From Macrostomum lignano (Eukaryota): a DNA stretch of 64,000 nucleotides. Made by a program: the position numbers and the translations under genes. The DNA is taken from NCBI GenBank assembly GCA_002269645.1, contig NIVC01000615.1:186001-250000 (forward strand), written 5' to 3'. Positions 61,788-64,000 of this stretch are shown piece by piece; within the stretch, counting starts at the first letter, position 1, and every line of letters starts with the position of its first letter. Below the pieces are notes generated by a model. It was given only the letters and a program-made list of their open reading frames with translations. It had not been told where the DNA came from and ran no database searches.

Positions 61788-62129
61788 TTGTACTGATTGA
61801 CAAGTTTTATAGTATTACTGCATAGTAAAAGTACAAGACCCAATCGCAGGTTCATACGCTCGTACATTGTATCGTTACATCGATGCTGTAAACAAACTAT
61901 TAATAATTATTTGCTTCTCTGCTTGGCTACATGCCATGGCGGGATATAATGACTGGTGCAGAAGTTTCATTTCGATATGTTGTTTTATCTATTTCAGAAT
62001 TGAACAAGTTATACACTGTATGTGAAAAGCAATGAGCTACATCAGTAATGAAAGCCGAAAGTTCAGTAGTACGCAAAAAGACAGAGAAGGAAATGTATAC
62101 TAGGGGGGTTAGAGGAGACAGAATTCATT

Positions 62130-62690
62130 GGGAGCTACATCATAAGCTCGAAAAGTCACAACCTCGAAAAGTCACATCGTCGAAAACTGATTTAGCAGCC
62201 ACCATCATAAGCTCAAAAAGGGTTAGGGTTAGGGTTAGAGCTTTGTGACTTTTCGAGCTTGTGACTTTTCGAGCTTGTGACTTTTCGAGCTTGTGACTTT
62301 TCGAGCTTGTGACTTTTCGAGCTTGTGACTTTTCGAGCTTGAGACTTTTCGAGCTTGTGACTTTTCGAGCTTGAGACTTTTCGAGCTTGTGACTTTTCGA
62401 GCTTGAGACTTTTCGAGTTTGTGACTTTTCGAGCTTGTGACTTTTCGAGCTTGTGACTTTTCGAGCTTGTGACTTTTCGAGCTTGAGACTTTTCGAGCTT
62501 GTGACGGTGGTCGCTAAATTTTTCGACGATGTGACTTTTCGAGCTTGAGACGGTGGTCACTAAATTTTTCGACGTTGTGACTTTTCGAGCTTGTGACGGT
62601 GGTCGCTAAACTTTTCGACGATGTGACTTTTCGAGCTTGTGATGGAACCCTGTTTCGACGATGTGATTTTTGAGCTCATGATAGCGACCC
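62130..62690. mobile_element. Foldback/MITE-like element with 16-bp GTGACTTTTCGAGCTT repeats in inverted arms and a short (TTAGGG)n spacer
   Basis: Left arm AAGCTCGAAAAGTCAC units are the reverse complement of the right-arm units. Ends are GGG...CCC, ATT flanks both sides (62127-62129, 62691-62693), and GGTTAGGGTTAGGGTTAG is at 62221. Confidence 0.65.
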
Positions 62691-62930
62691 ATTAATTATA
62701 CACCGGGGGAGGAGGGGGGTAGCAATTAAGTTAGCGTGTACGTACACAGAAAGGTACAAGAAAAAGGATCGTCGTAAACATTCGCCGAAAAGTTTAGTCT
62801 TTTGAGATAAACTAACCCAAAATCATTGGTAAACTGCTCCCATACTTTCAACGAGAGAACAGTGATGAGAGTCTGAGACAAGTACATTGGTCAAGGGGTG
62901 TACTTGAGTTGTTCGCTGCTGGTCAGCCCT

Positions 62931-63071
62931 CTAACCAGAGCCGTACTGCAGACCGCGTGAGCTCACTTGCTGCGCTCCGGCACCGCCTTTCATCCCGTCT
63001 GGACCGCGTCGCTTCTCCGAGACCCAGTCCGGGTGCACGATGAAGTGGCACCTGGCCGACTGCGATGTACT
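62931..63071 (-). CDS. Possible terminal exon of an unidentified gene (STSQSARCHFIVHPDWVSEKRR...YGSG*)
   Basis: GC-rich block with a TTCCAG| acceptor and a 141-nt open frame to TAG; a possible preceding exon lies at ~63150-63250. No family recognised. Confidence 0.35.
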   Translation of the reverse strand, partial: STSQSARCHFIVHPDWVSEKRRGPDGMKGGAGAQQVSSRGLQYGSG

Positions 63072-63289
63072 CTGGAATTAATTGGTTTCTTTGACGCGCT
63101 ATAATGAATCTTGTTTGCCTAATTTAAGCAAATCTGCGTGCAAACGAACCGAGAATCCGGCACCAGAGTGCATAAACTTCTCCTGGTCTCCGCTGTTGTC
63201 AGGCTGCGAAGATCGTTGAAAACTGCAACTGCCGTTGGCTTGGTTGGATCTGGAAACGTTTTTGAAACGTGAAAGTCACTAATAAATCA

Positions 63290-64000
<711 letters not shown>

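Noticed and set aside
62221-62238. Telomere
   Set aside because: Only about three TTAGGG units, internal to a foldback element.

Overview
Eukaryotic (animal) genomic DNA: GC-rich exons with GT-AG introns, most large introns filled by tandem repeats. The style is consistent with a free-living flatworm such as Macrostomum, but that is inference. In order: a minus-strand Ty3/Gypsy element (gag, pol, tRNA-Lys PBS, 5' LTR; runs off the window start); the last two exons of a class A GPCR (+); a 7-exon PX-SH3-RhoGAP gene of the ARHGAP32/33 type (-) head-to-head with a 4-exon LKAAEAR1 homologue (+); a 5.4 kb 21-bp satellite; two tandem paralogues encoding PAN/Apple-like plus ALK/LTK-type glycine-rich domains without TM or kinase (-), one apparently broken and one carrying a decayed Gypsy element and a CORE-SINE in its introns; an 8-exon ABCG half-transporter (-) with a candidate 21-nt microexon; an intronless BIR-domain (IAP-like) ORF (+); MITE-like elements; and many micro/minisatellites. 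Most long ORFs in the supplied track are repeat artefacts. Exon models were read by hand from splice consensus and reading-frame continuity and are not transcript-verified. No clearly new system is demonstrated; the best candidate is the kinase-less PAN + glycine-rich family.
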